The notes beneath the pieces are model-generated. The model saw only the letters and a list, made by a program, of their open reading frames with translations, searched no databases and was not told where the DNA came from. The position numbers and the translations under genes are program-made. From positions 1-64,000 of IMG/VR virus record IMGVR_UViG_3300043102_000037: a stretch of DNA of 64,000 nucleotides. One strand, given 5' to 3'. Below, piece by piece: positions 18,693 to 28,350 of this stretch. The stretch's first letter is position 1. Every line of letters starts with the position of its first letter. This DNA is from a virus. Its lineage: Duplodnaviria > Caudoviricetes.

Positions 18693-20309
18693 ATGAGCGA
18701 TACAGAAAACAAGGATACTTCAACAAAGACTGAAACTCCTACTAAAGACACATCGACAGAAGATAAGAAAGACGACACTTCTTCGTCTGATGAGAAAAAA
18801 GATTCTAACACGACAGAAGTAAAAAAAGATACTGAATCAACAGATAAAAAAGACGAAGACAAAAAAGACAGCAGCGACACTTCTTCTTCTTCTTCTTCCG
18901 ATTCTTCTTCCGATTCTTCTGATTCAAAAACTACTGGTATAGTAATGAATTGGAATCTCGTTCCTGTTGAACAGCAAGTACCGCAAATTAATTGGAAACA
19001 GGATATTAACAGCGATGATAAACCGCTCTCGAAACTTGCTTCTTATCAATGCGGTGCAAGCAATTTAGGCAGTAATGGCTTATTAGGCTGCTCATTGACT
19101 AAAGGTTCAGCTTCTTCTTATATGGAAAAGAATTATGAAGAATTTAAAGCTAATGCCGACAAAGTTTCTGGCTTGCCTGATGAAACAAGCGTAACAAATA
19201 AAATAGATGATTTCTTAGCACAAATGGCTACATTTAATTATCAATTAGATTTAGAATCAGCTTGCTCCAGTATAGGCGCAGACGCAGTATTGATAGCTTC
19301 ATTAATGCTCGTTGAATCTGGCGGTTATCCAGAAGCGTATAACGGCAGTTCTGGTTCGGCAGGGTTAATGCAGTTAAATCCAGACTATTTTTCTTATAGA
19401 AATACAAGTAATGGCTCACAAGACGTTACCATATGCCATAATGACGCCGTTAAAAATATTCAAGAAGGCGTTCCTTACTTAATGAATCAAGTACCTTCCG
19501 AACAAGGGGTAAGCAATATTTGCTGTATATGCAGCGGATATAATTACGGACCGAAAAACTTTATTGATTCATTAGAAAAATCTGGCGATGATAATAGCAG
19601 TTCAAGCACAAAAGCGAAAGCAAAAAGTACAGATTCTTCTTCATCGAGCAGCACAAGTTCTAGCAAGCCTACGATTACAGCAGATACTACATGGTGCGAC
19701 TTATATCCTTACATGGATAAAATACCGACAGAAACGAAACAGTATTTTCCTAAGATAGTGTATGCTTACCATACGTTAGCAACTAAAATTAATGAAAAAA
19801 CTAATATGGATAGCCCAGACGGTCCATGTTTCCCTATTCAAAACGCAGATTTTGAAAAGGCTTACTATATTAAAAAATTCGGAGTACAGAATCAAAATTC
19901 TGGCGTAACTTTAGTAAGTGACGGTATTACAATACAAGTGCCAGAAGGAACATCAGTATTATTGGCTGAAACAGCCTCTATTACAAAAGGTGAAGATAAA
20001 GACGGTTTAAAAGGCAAATATTTAACAGCCAAAATTAAATCAGACAAACTCGACAATTACGAAATAACTTATTGTAATCTTAAATCATATGAAACAGGTG
20101 AAAAAGCATATGACTCTGAATACTATAAAAAAGGCTGCGTAATTGCTAAGAGCGGCACATATAACAAGAAAACAATATTAACTGTCATAGTTAAAAATGC
20201 AAAAGGCGAAGTTATTAACCCTACTGGTTCAGAATTTTGGGCTAAATTAGCTGGCGCATATGACGAAAACGGTAAAAAGTCATTAAAAGATTTCAGCTTT
20301 TCAAGCTAA
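18693..20309 (+). CDS. probable virion lytic transglycosylase (SLT) with degenerate M23-like C-terminus
   Basis: LIASLMLVESGG...AGLMQL...YN.G SLT motifs; C-terminal DGITIQVPEGTSV resembles LytM without the zinc His. Confidence 0.72.
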   Translation: MSDTENKDTSTKTETPTKDTSTEDKKDDTSSSDEKKDSNTTEVKKDTESTDKKDEDKKDSSDTSSSSSSDSSSDSSDSKTTGIVMNWNLVPVEQQVPQINWKQDINSDDKPLSKLASYQCGASNLGSNGLLGCSLTKGSASSYMEKNYEEFKANADKVSGLPDETSVTNKIDDFLAQMATFNYQLDLESACSSIGADAVLIASLMLVESGGYPEAYNGSSGSAGLMQLNPDYFSYRNTSNGSQDVTICHNDAVKNIQEGVPYLMNQVPSEQGVSNICCICSGYNYGPKNFIDSLEKSGDDNSSSSTKAKAKSTDSSSSSSTSSSKPTITADTTWCDLYPYMDKIPTETKQYFPKIVYAYHTLATKINEKTNMDSPDGPCFPIQNADFEKAYYIKKFGVQNQNSGVTLVSDGITIQVPEGTSVLLAETASITKGEDKDGLKGKYLTAKIKSDKLDNYEITYCNLKSYETGEKAYDSEYYKKGCVIAKSGTYNKKTILTVIVKNAKGEVINPTGSEFWAKLAGAYDENGKKSLKDFSFSS

Positions 20310-20660
20310 ATATATACAAACACAAGTCCTTTTATTATAATATAAGAGGGCTTGTTTTTGTGTATAGTAAATTTCACAAAAAATAAATTATAAAACAGGA
20401 GTGAAAAATATAATGAAAAGTACTTGTGAACTTATCGCAACGCTCGGTAACATGATTAAAAACGGCGACATGCCTATTTTGCATTTGTCTATGGCAGCAC
20501 ATTTCAAAGAACTAATCCGATACACTACGATGCAAAAGGTGAAATTAAAGCCATATGCCGTGAGCGATATATCGAAATAGACGGCAGTCAATATTTACGC
20601 ACTGAAAACTATGATAATAGCGTTGAAAATCATGAATCTTTTGTTGTTGAAAAATATTAT

Positions 20661-22159
20661 GTGAACTACCCCCACTTATAGAAGTGGGGGCTTCTAAGAT
20701 GTTAATACACCTATTTAAGAAGTTTGGTATTTAAGTTTCCACCTATTACTAAGCAACCCTTATTCTTACAGGCGTGTCCACTTCGCCTCTACCGTATAAG
20801 ATGTTTAAATCTACAACGCTACTTTTTCTTAAAATATTTAATGCCCCGTTTACATCAGCATTAAGTGTTTTTCCATTAGAACATTTATACATTCCACGAT
20901 AAATACGCATTCCACTGAATGTATAAGTTTTAGAATTATCATTATTGTATACAGGGATTTCGTCTTTATCCCAAAAAGATGCTTTTGAGGTATAACTTTC
21001 TTCCTGCTTGATACAAATGATGTCATTCAGCTCACATAAATATTCTAACTTTTTATGTAACTTACCATATGGAATGTTTACAAAAGTTTGATTGTTAATC
21101 TTTCCCATGGCAGAATTCCTTTGAAAAGTTTCATTATAACCAACTACAAGAGTTCCTATATCGTTTTCTATACAATAATTAATTATCTTTCTGGCAACCT
21201 TACTCATATAATCATTTACTTTATTATTTCGGTTACGAGCAAGAATCTTTTGCCTGTTTGTGGTCTTTTTGCCGTAATGCTGTTTGTCTTTTATACTCTG
21301 TAAACGGGCATTTTCTTTATTAAACCACTGATTAACGGATTTCAATCTTTTTCCGTCAATGATAAATGTTTTTCCTTCGCTCGATGCTGCGGTTATAAGA
21401 TTATTCACTCCTAAGTCAAGAGCCAGTGCTTTATTATGATTAAGATTTCTTTGAATACATTCAGCTTCATAGATATACTGAATTTCAAAGAACCTAGCAT
21501 TTGCTTTTGGAATGATGCGAATTTCTTTTACTTTTTTATCGAGCAAAATAGGTGGAATCGTTATTTCGACAGTTTTATGATTTTTCCTGTAAGCGTTTGA
21601 AAATGGCAACATTAATTTATTGCCGTTTAGTCTTACAAAACCAATTACAAGCGTGGTATGACCATCTTTAGGAAGATATTTAGGTAATTTACAATCTTTA
21701 AAAGCATACTTACCTTTCTTGGCGAGTTTTAGTAATCCAAAAAATGCTTTAAAACTACCATCGACTTCTTTTAATATCTGTTGTGCCATATTTGAATTAA
21801 GCATTCTATAATTTATAGATGTTTTTAAAAGAGCGTAATTTTTCTTATAATTAAGATATTTGTTTTCAGTGAAGTAATATTGCCTTATATTATAGATTGC
21901 TTGATTAGCAAGATTCTTTGCTGTATGACAAAGATACTTTATTGTTTTATAATCTTCCTTTGAAAGATGTTTTACCTGTTGTTTTACCGTAAGGTACATA
22001 GTTTTTCTCCTTTCTAAAGATTTAGAGTAATTTCTCTATATACATATTTATAACATATATTTTATCAAAATTCTATATTTTTAGTAAAATATATGTTATA
22101 ATATATTATTGACATTCATCTCCCACCTATAGAGGTGGGAGTATTCTGTCAAACTTCCG
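20661..22159 (-). mobile_element. IS200/IS605-family non-autonomous tnpB element (no tnpA), 1499 bp
   Basis: Left-end hairpin CTCCCACC-TCTATA-GGTGGGAG after 5'-TTTAT. Right-end hairpin CCCCCAC...GTGGGGG plus GTTCAC. The empty site restores an ORF. Confidence 0.92.
20749..21999 (-). CDS. tnpB: TnpB RNA-guided endonuclease
   Basis: ALDLG, VVGYN, QEESYTSK, NADVNGA; near-identical to the copy at 2..793. Confidence 0.95.
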   Translation of the reverse strand: MYLTVKQQVKHLSKEDYKTIKYLCHTAKNLANQAIYNIRQYYFTENKYLNYKKNYALLKTSINYRMLNSNMAQQILKEVDGSFKAFFGLLKLAKKGKYAFKDCKLPKYLPKDGHTTLVIGFVRLNGNKLMLPFSNAYRKNHKTVEITIPPILLDKKVKEIRIIPKANARFFEIQYIYEAECIQRNLNHNKALALDLGVNNLITAASSEGKTFIIDGKRLKSVNQWFNKENARLQSIKDKQHYGKKTTNRQKILARNRNNKVNDYMSKVARKIINYCIENDIGTLVVGYNETFQRNSAMGKINNQTFVNIPYGKLHKKLEYLCELNDIICIKQEESYTSKASFWDKDEIPVYNNDNSKTYTFSGMRIYRGMYKCSNGKTLNADVNGALNILRKSSVVDLNILYGRGEVDTPVRIRVA

Positions 22160-22309
22160 ATAAATAATAGTATAAGAAAATTTTTCAAGACAACGGTTAC
22201 TTTCAAGGATTTGGAATCAAAAGAAAAAGTGCATGAACTATATGACAAAATTCCATGGGAAGATTGTATAGTTATTTATGTGGACGAACTAAATTAGTAT
22301 TGAGAGGTA

Positions 22310-22579
22310 TTGCAAAATGGACGTACAAAAAGAAAAACAAAATCAGCTAAAACAATGGCAAATAGGTATTTTTCTAGAAAAATCGTCGGCAGAATAATAG
22401 ACATTGTTACGGAAAAAGGCGAATACGCAGTTAAACTAGATACCAGTGTATATATTTTTGAGATGATTGCGGTTGTTTTGCACGATACCATTGATGAGCG
22501 TTGTATGAAAGATTATAGAATACAATATATTAGTAATGATGAGTGCTTAGAATTAAAAGTCCTATTCGATAAAAAATAA
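22310..22579 (+). CDS. hypothetical protein
   Basis: 89-aa ORF with GAGG RBS. Confidence 0.5.
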   Translation: MQNGRTKRKTKSAKTMANRYFSRKIVGRIIDIVTEKGEYAVKLDTSVYIFEMIAVVLHDTIDERCMKDYRIQYISNDECLELKVLFDKK

Positions 22580-22633
22580 CAAGGATTTTTGCATTTTTGT
22601 TGAGAAATAAATCTAATAAAGGAGGTTCACGGC

Positions 22634-23989
22634 ATGAAGTACGAAATTCTAAAAGACGACAATAAAACACTAGATGATGGCACTATTGTCTATCGTATCA
22701 AAGCACTAAAGAATTTTAAAAATATCGAGTATGGACAAATTGGCGGCTATATTAAATCAGCTGACAGCCTCTCACAAGAAGGAGATTGTTGGGTTGGCGG
22801 CGACAGTATGGTATACGGAAATGCAAAAGTAATTGACAATGGCTTTGTTTGCCGTCAAGCAAGAGTATATGATAATGCAATAATTTCTGACAATGCGTCT
22901 GTTCTTGGTGAAGCTACTGTATGCGGAAATGTTAGGATTTATGAAAGCGGGACGGTATCAGGAACAGCCACAATAAAAGACAACTGTTCAGTATACGGTA
23001 ACGGGTTGGTATACGGCAATAGCGTATTGGAAGATGAAGTTGAAGTATTCGGCGATGCTAGAGTATGCTGCTTAAAGAATACTATTCGCGGCATTATCAA
23101 AATACAGGGGACTATGTTTATAAATGATGGCAGCACATTAAGATTAATGCTTAATAATGACTATCATTTAATAGAAGAATCTAACAAGAAATACGAATTG
23201 ACTGACGAAACAGTACAAATAAATGGCTGCACATTGCATAGAATCAAAGCATTAAAAGATATAGACAACGGCTTGAGGGCTGAAAAAGGCGACTTAGGCG
23301 GCTATGTTGAAAACGAAGATAATTTATCGCAATTTAATGATTGTTGGATTGATGGTGATGTATATGTTTTCGACAATGCAGTTGTCCGCGATGACGCTCT
23401 CATATTAGGCGAAGAAGTAGGCAAAGGTCTTGGGAGAACAATGCGAACCTGCATATGCGATAATGCAGTTATAGCAGAAAGAGCAACTATTTACTCTAGA
23501 ACAACTGTGTCTGGAAACGCAATAGTAAAGGGCGATATAACGATAGACGGTTCAAAAACTATGGATAATAATTGTTCAAGCGACGGAGTAAGAATTGCCG
23601 ATAATGCCGTAGTTGACGGCGGTGCTGAAATTTATGATAGCGTAGTCATAATGGATAACGCCAAGGTGAAAATAAATAAAGGACGTATATTCCACAACGT
23701 AGTAATTCGCAATAATGTCAATATTAGTTGCATAAAAGGTGATATTTATGATGATGTTTTATTAGCCGACAATGTTAATATTTCGTCCGTTGATTTAAAT
23801 TTGTTCTATAAAGTAAAGCTGCTAAACAATGTGAAGGTTTTCGATATTGCTAGTATAGAAGATATTACGCTAAAAGATAACGTACAAGTTATGGGACGTT
23901 CAAGAGTAAGTGGTCGCGGTCCGAGTCATGGTCAGCATATCGTAGGCGGTAATCATGTATTCTGCGATTATGACCGCTTAAAAGATTAA
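22634..23989 (+). CDS. left-handed beta-helix (hexapeptide-repeat) phage protein with duplicated N-terminal module
   Basis: Two copies of KYE....T...RIKALK...GG....ED.LSQ..DCW, each followed by [VI]xxNA[VI] repeats. Confidence 0.8.
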   Translation: MKYEILKDDNKTLDDGTIVYRIKALKNFKNIEYGQIGGYIKSADSLSQEGDCWVGGDSMVYGNAKVIDNGFVCRQARVYDNAIISDNASVLGEATVCGNVRIYESGTVSGTATIKDNCSVYGNGLVYGNSVLEDEVEVFGDARVCCLKNTIRGIIKIQGTMFINDGSTLRLMLNNDYHLIEESNKKYELTDETVQINGCTLHRIKALKDIDNGLRAEKGDLGGYVENEDNLSQFNDCWIDGDVYVFDNAVVRDDALILGEEVGKGLGRTMRTCICDNAVIAERATIYSRTTVSGNAIVKGDITIDGSKTMDNNCSSDGVRIADNAVVDGGAEIYDSVVIMDNAKVKINKGRIFHNVVIRNNVNISCIKGDIYDDVLLADNVNISSVDLNLFYKVKLLNNVKVFDIASIEDITLKDNVQVMGRSRVSGRGPSHGQHIVGGNHVFCDYDRLKD

Positions 23990-24097
23990 TTAAGAAGGCG
24001 TAAAAATGACTGTGTATAAAAATAATAATATGCAGAGGAAATAACGTTATTACTGACGCAGACATACCAGAATACTTTATTATGAAGATTGACTAAC

Positions 24098-24137
24098 AAA
24101 AAAGAACGTCTACTTATTGAAGTGGACGTTCTTTTTA
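24098..24137. terminator. bidirectional terminator
   Basis: AAAAAAGAACGTC-loop-GACGTTCTTTTTA. Confidence 0.65.
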
Positions 24138-24172
24138 TATTTTGATACCGTTCCTTTTTCGCAGAAATGACA

Positions 24173-25447
24173 TCACATATATTCTAACTGAAAAGGTGTT
24201 TTTATCTGGAATCCTTCGTATTTCTTGCCGCCGATTACGGCTTGAATATTCATATTAAAATCTAAGAGCATATGTGTTAAATTCTGTTGCGATATTTTAA
24301 CCGTAGATTCATGCGAAGTACACCAGTTTATATATTTGCTCAATTCCGTGGAAGTGGCTAATTTACCGCTGTTTTTGATAATCTCCTGCTGATGGCGCAT
24401 ATTGACGTAAACATACAATTTAAACAAGTATACTTTATCGCTATTTACCAATCTTTGCCAGCCTTTGCCGATGATATTATATTCTCTTTTAAACTCCTGT
24501 AAGGTAATCTCTTTATCAGGTATTTTATGAACGCCAATATCCGAATCGCTAATGCTTTTATCAACGAATTGAGATAATGATTTAATAGTGCCGCTTATCA
24601 TGCTGTCAGAGAACAATTTAAGCTGGGGGTCGTCCTGTAAGATAACAGGAGACAGCTTATTCTCTTTGAATTTATAATGAAATTCGTATGCAATAATTTT
24701 GCGACCGTTCTTAATCGTTATTGGAGAGTTTTTAGTTATCTCTATGCTGCTATTTGAATTTAGGTCTTTAATAGCCGTGGATATAACATTCCTTTTAAAA
24801 TCAGCAGTAGCATTTTTAGCTGTCAAATTAAAATTAAACATCTTAGCTAATTCCTCTATTGTCTGAACTGAAACATAGTATCCATCTTCATTCATTTTAT
24901 TATTGACGTGATTCCCTAAAATACAGTCTATTAAAATAGTAGAATTGAATGTTTTTAACGCTGTTAAATCATCGAGCGTATATCTAAGGCTGCCTATGCT
25001 AATTTTTCTTTTTATAAAACTGGCATATATATAGTTGCTTAAAGTAACTTTTGCTATGCCTTTTTTCTTATCGTATACAATTTCGGGAAAGATATTAGTG
25101 AAGAATCCTTTCCCAGATTTTTCATCAGTTACCCATACACGAGGGCTTTCTTTAATAATTTTTTCGATACTGTCAAAAAAGTGCCTTTTATATGTTCTTG
25201 AAGAACTGATATTATGCTTTTTACAGAATCCAGATACATCAAATAATGCGGAAAACGCCTTAGAAGGGTCGTCCGTAGGCTTAATAAGTGATATGCAATA
25301 ATTATATAGGTCTTTCTGATAACGGTCTAACGTATCTTTAAATATCCATTGAAGAACATCGCCGTCCTTAATGACTAAATCTTTTATGTCATACTTGGCT
25401 ATTTTATTATCGAAGCCTTTATTGATTATTTGCAATTCGCCAGCCAT
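24173..25447 (-). CDS. Rep_3/RepB-family plasmid replication initiator
   Basis: Winged-helix Rep pattern (QKDLY..CIS, FPEI.YD, RY.L.DL..LK, DFKRNVI..AIKDLN, K.GRKI.AYEF); adjacent to an iteron array. Confidence 0.82.
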   Translation of the reverse strand: MAGELQIINKGFDNKIAKYDIKDLVIKDGDVLQWIFKDTLDRYQKDLYNYCISLIKPTDDPSKAFSALFDVSGFCKKHNISSSRTYKRHFFDSIEKIIKESPRVWVTDEKSGKGFFTNIFPEIVYDKKKGIAKVTLSNYIYASFIKRKISIGSLRYTLDDLTALKTFNSTILIDCILGNHVNNKMNEDGYYVSVQTIEELAKMFNFNLTAKNATADFKRNVISTAIKDLNSNSSIEITKNSPITIKNGRKIIAYEFHYKFKENKLSPVILQDDPQLKLFSDSMISGTIKSLSQFVDKSISDSDIGVHKIPDKEITLQEFKREYNIIGKGWQRLVNSDKVYLFKLYVYVNMRHQQEIIKNSGKLATSTELSKYINWCTSHESTVKISQQNLTHMLLDFNMNIQAVIGGKKYEGFQIKTPFQLEYM

Positions 25448-25591
25448 ATCTAAAACCCTTTCAGCAGGAATAAATTTTGTACCTTACGCATACACTAATT
25501 ATTATAGATTACCCTTGACTTTTTAGCAAGCATGGAGTATTTTCCTATTATATAGTTTTATAATAATTATATTTATTATATAATATGCAAA

Positions 25592-26091
25592 CGTTCCTTT
25601 TACGCAGAAATAAGCAATATCAAGCCTTCGCAGCTTGTTTATATCTGTCGAAAAGGAACGCTAAGTGTTTATAACGGCAAAAATATGCCGCAATATCTGT
25701 GAAAAAGGAACGCTATTAAAGCTGTATCGCAAGCACGGCTGTTCCCAATCCGCAGAAAAGCTGCATTATCCACACAAATCTGTTGATAACGCGGTACGAT
25801 TGTTAATAGATTGTGGATAAATAAAGTATATTTTCAACTCTTTTAGGATATACTAGAAATTATTAAAAGTAAAGCGTTCCTTTTACGCAGAAATAGGCGT
25901 TTCAAAACATCAGATATATGGTATGCCGTTTCATTTTCACAGATATTATAAATAAAAAACGTTCCTAATCCGCAGAAAAGCGGCTATTTTAAGTCTGATT
26001 TATGCGTTTTGGGAACGCTTTTATATTATCCACAGGCGATAGCGTTCCTAATCCGCATATATAAAATGATACCGTTCCTTTTTCACAGAAA
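25592..26091. repeat. iteron-type replication origin: about ten 19-bp iterons plus DnaA boxes
   Basis: CGTTCC-N7-CAGAAA-like units at 25592, 25740, 25875, 25927, 25960, 26043, 26073; inverted at ~25643, ~25695, ~26000. TTATCCACA at 25766 and 26026, TGTGGATAA at 25812. One extra iteron at 24149. Confidence 0.85.
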
Positions 26092-26331
26092 TCAATAACT
26101 AAATATTTTGAACATTACCTACGTTGGGAATTGATTGTCTTTTGTGATTATATGCGAGATTTAGATTATTCCGAGAAATCGGCTAATAAAGATTGAAAAA
26201 TATTCAGAGAGTGAGGTGTGGATTTTTCTATTCAAGGTAACATGAATTACCTGTAATAGAAATTAACTAAAAAATAAGAGGTATGTAATCATATATCTAA
26301 AAAGTATGCTATAATAAAAGCATATTGATTT

Positions 26332-27393
26332 TTGGGCGGTGCTGAATATATTATGACGAGAAGAATATCTGATAAGGAATTATTCAAATTTAATAGCGAT
26401 AATCAAATAGAGATTTTATCTACGCCAATTTTTTATGACGTAGAAGATGTATCGCCAGAATTTTTCTTGCAGCACTATAAAGATTTTTTGTGGCAATATA
26501 CGGCTGATGGACAAGCAAGCATGGAAACGCTAAGAAAATACTTTATAAATATAGACCAATTTTTAAGATGGTGCGTTGCCATCAAAAAGAACCCATTCAA
26601 TTTAAAAGAAGCCTATATTATTCAGTACCGCTCTTTATTGTATCAGCGCGGCTATAAACAAGCATCTATTAACGCTAAAATAGCGGCTATTAAAAAGTTC
26701 TATTTTGTAGCCAAGAAGTTAAAAGTAATTAACGAAAATATAGCCGAAGATGTGCATGGCAAAATAGTCTATGACGATGAAAAGAAAATACGCTTTTTAA
26801 CCATACAGCAATTACAGCACGTTATTGACTGCATACCTAAAGACAGAGGTGCATTATATTATAGAAGAATTTCGGCTATGATTGCTATGATGGGTAAAGA
26901 AGGTCTGCGCCGCAAAGAAGTAAGGCTAATGTCATGGGAGGATATTGACTACGAAAATAAAATCATACTGATTAAAGGCAAAGGGCATAACAGATATATC
27001 TATCCTAGTAACGATACGTTTAGCCAATTAGAGCAATATAAAGAAGAATTGGACGCTGAAATACCAATATCTAAACAATATAAAGACGATGTAGGTACAC
27101 CGTGCTTCATATGTATGTCTAATCACGCTAAATTTAAAAGAATAACTCTTGATGGAATCAGCAGCATAACTAAAGATTTGCTTTTAAAAGCAGGTCTAAA
27201 ACAGAAAGGCATATCATGCCACTTATTTAGGCATACATTCGCTGTCCTTCTTTACGCTGCTACTAAAGACCTAAGACTTGTACAAAGCAAAATGGGACAC
27301 ACTGACCCGAAAATAACGTCAAAATACGCTCAAAGCATTGATAATATGCAAAAACGTTTTGATAATGCTATACCAGTAATGTTTAGCGAGTAA
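26332..27393 (+). CDS. tyrosine recombinase (XerC/D-like integrase/resolvase)
   Basis: GLRRKE (Arg), IKGKG (Lys), HLFRH, MGH, KYA (Tyr); N-terminal SAM-like domain. Confidence 0.9.
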   Translation: MGGAEYIMTRRISDKELFKFNSDNQIEILSTPIFYDVEDVSPEFFLQHYKDFLWQYTADGQASMETLRKYFINIDQFLRWCVAIKKNPFNLKEAYIIQYRSLLYQRGYKQASINAKIAAIKKFYFVAKKLKVINENIAEDVHGKIVYDDEKKIRFLTIQQLQHVIDCIPKDRGALYYRRISAMIAMMGKEGLRRKEVRLMSWEDIDYENKIILIKGKGHNRYIYPSNDTFSQLEQYKEELDAEIPISKQYKDDVGTPCFICMSNHAKFKRITLDGISSITKDLLLKAGLKQKGISCHLFRHTFAVLLYAATKDLRLVQSKMGHTDPKITSKYAQSIDNMQKRFDNAIPVMFSE

Positions 27394-27432
27394 GCAATTA
27401 AAATATAAAAAATAAAGGAGATTTAATTAATT

Positions 27433-27642
27433 ATGTATAAATATTTTAGTACACAAAGACCAATTTCTATCGGTACGTTCCCAAAATCAACGGATAATAG
27501 AGTTATCGCTATCGAAAATTTCAATAATCGAAAATACGTTGACGAGATAGGTCGTGAAGCATGGGGACTTATAAAATACGAAAAGCCGCTCTCTGACAAA
27601 CAAATAAATGAATATGAATTAGTCAAAGCAAAAGGAGAATAG
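27433..27642 (+). CDS. small protein resembling the DarA C-terminal (defence-against-restriction) domain
   Basis: YKY.STQRP.SIGTFPK...AWG...YEKPL...QI.EYEL pattern, recognised from memory of this family. Confidence 0.55.
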   Translation: MYKYFSTQRPISIGTFPKSTDNRVIAIENFNNRKYVDEIGREAWGLIKYEKPLSDKQINEYELVKAKGE

Positions 27643-27647
27643 TCAAA

Positions 27648-28136
27648 ATGAAAAAGAGATTGAAAGCTAAAGACTTAAAGATTGGCGATAAAGTATATAT
27701 TCGTTCAAGAGTAACTGGCGAAGAAGAATATACTTCTATTAAAGAGATAAAAAGAGGACTTATCGCTACGGATAATGATTTACTGTTTCTAAAAGACGGC
27801 TTAGATACCAACAGTTTCGGTCTATCACGAAAGATATGGCAAATGTATAGAGATAAGGAAGATTACTTATATTTTGACGAACTCGACAATAAAAAGAATC
27901 GAGTGTTAGCTGACATTAAAAAGATGGAGCTGCCTAATAATGAGAAAATTATAGATGAAATATTTTCGTGCTTTTCAAAAGATGCCTTGGTTAATACCAA
28001 AAGCGATACATCGTTAAAAACGAATAAAATCTTTCAGTGCGCCAGTCATAATATAATCAATAATGTGAAGGACACAGCAGTAGACAAGCTGATAAAAATA
28101 ATAGCAAATCTAAAAAATAAGAAGGAGATATTATAA
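27648..28136 (+). CDS. hypothetical protein
   Basis: N-terminus LKAKDLKIGDKVYI resembles the next ORF. Confidence 0.6.
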   Translation: MKKRLKAKDLKIGDKVYIRSRVTGEEEYTSIKEIKRGLIATDNDLLFLKDGLDTNSFGLSRKIWQMYRDKEDYLYFDELDNKKNRVLADIKKMELPNNEKIIDEIFSCFSKDALVNTKSDTSLKTNKIFQCASHNIINNVKDTAVDKLIKIIANLKNKKEIL

Positions 28137-28321
28137 TGAATCGTACAGAGATAAAACCTTTGACAGCAAAAGAATTAAAGGTTGGTGACAAAATCTATAT
28201 AGCTAACGTGCGCAATTACGATAGTGGCAAGCCGCATTATTGTGCCATTATTGACAAAATAGGCACTAAGTATATAACTATTGACAAAATACTTGGCATC
28301 AACAGCTTTTCAGACGTATAA
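28136..28321 (+). CDS. short or truncated paralogue of the preceding ORF
   Basis: LTAKELKVGDKIYI N-terminus; only 61 aa. Confidence 0.45.
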   Translation: MNRTEIKPLTAKELKVGDKIYIANVRNYDSGKPHYCAIIDKIGTKYITIDKILGINSFSDV

Positions 28322-28350
28322 TAAAAATAAAAAAGAAAGAGGTAACGTAA

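Larger units (their letters stand above)
20413..22297 (+). pseudogene. hypothetical gene interrupted by the IS at 20661-22159 and carrying a frameshift near 20478
   Basis: Joining 20660 to 22160 gives an open frame ...ESFVVEKYY|INNSIRKFFKTT...VDELN*. The ATG at 20413 has an AGGAG RBS but is in a different frame from the downstream part. Confidence 0.65.

Noticed and set aside
18356-18880. 174-aa Ser/Val/Leu/Phe-rich minus-strand ORF that looks like a membrane protein
   Set aside because: It is the reverse complement of the D/T/K/S low-complexity linkers of the two + strand hydrolase genes.
20749-21999. TnpBs as nuclease-dead (TldR-like) regulators because the RuvC-II Glu is missing
   Set aside because: The EESYTS Glu of the rearranged-RuvC clade and both Asp residues are present, and transposon ends are intact.
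24007-24095. Tiny ORF that would be open if one A were removed from a homopolymer
   Set aside because: About 29 aa with no recognisable motif; it cannot be told apart from a sequencing error or a decayed gene.
25592-26091. Repeat array considered as a CRISPR array
   Set aside because: Units are 19 bp, degenerate, in both orientations and irregularly spaced, mixed with DnaA boxes next to a Rep gene. No cas genes are present. These are iterons.
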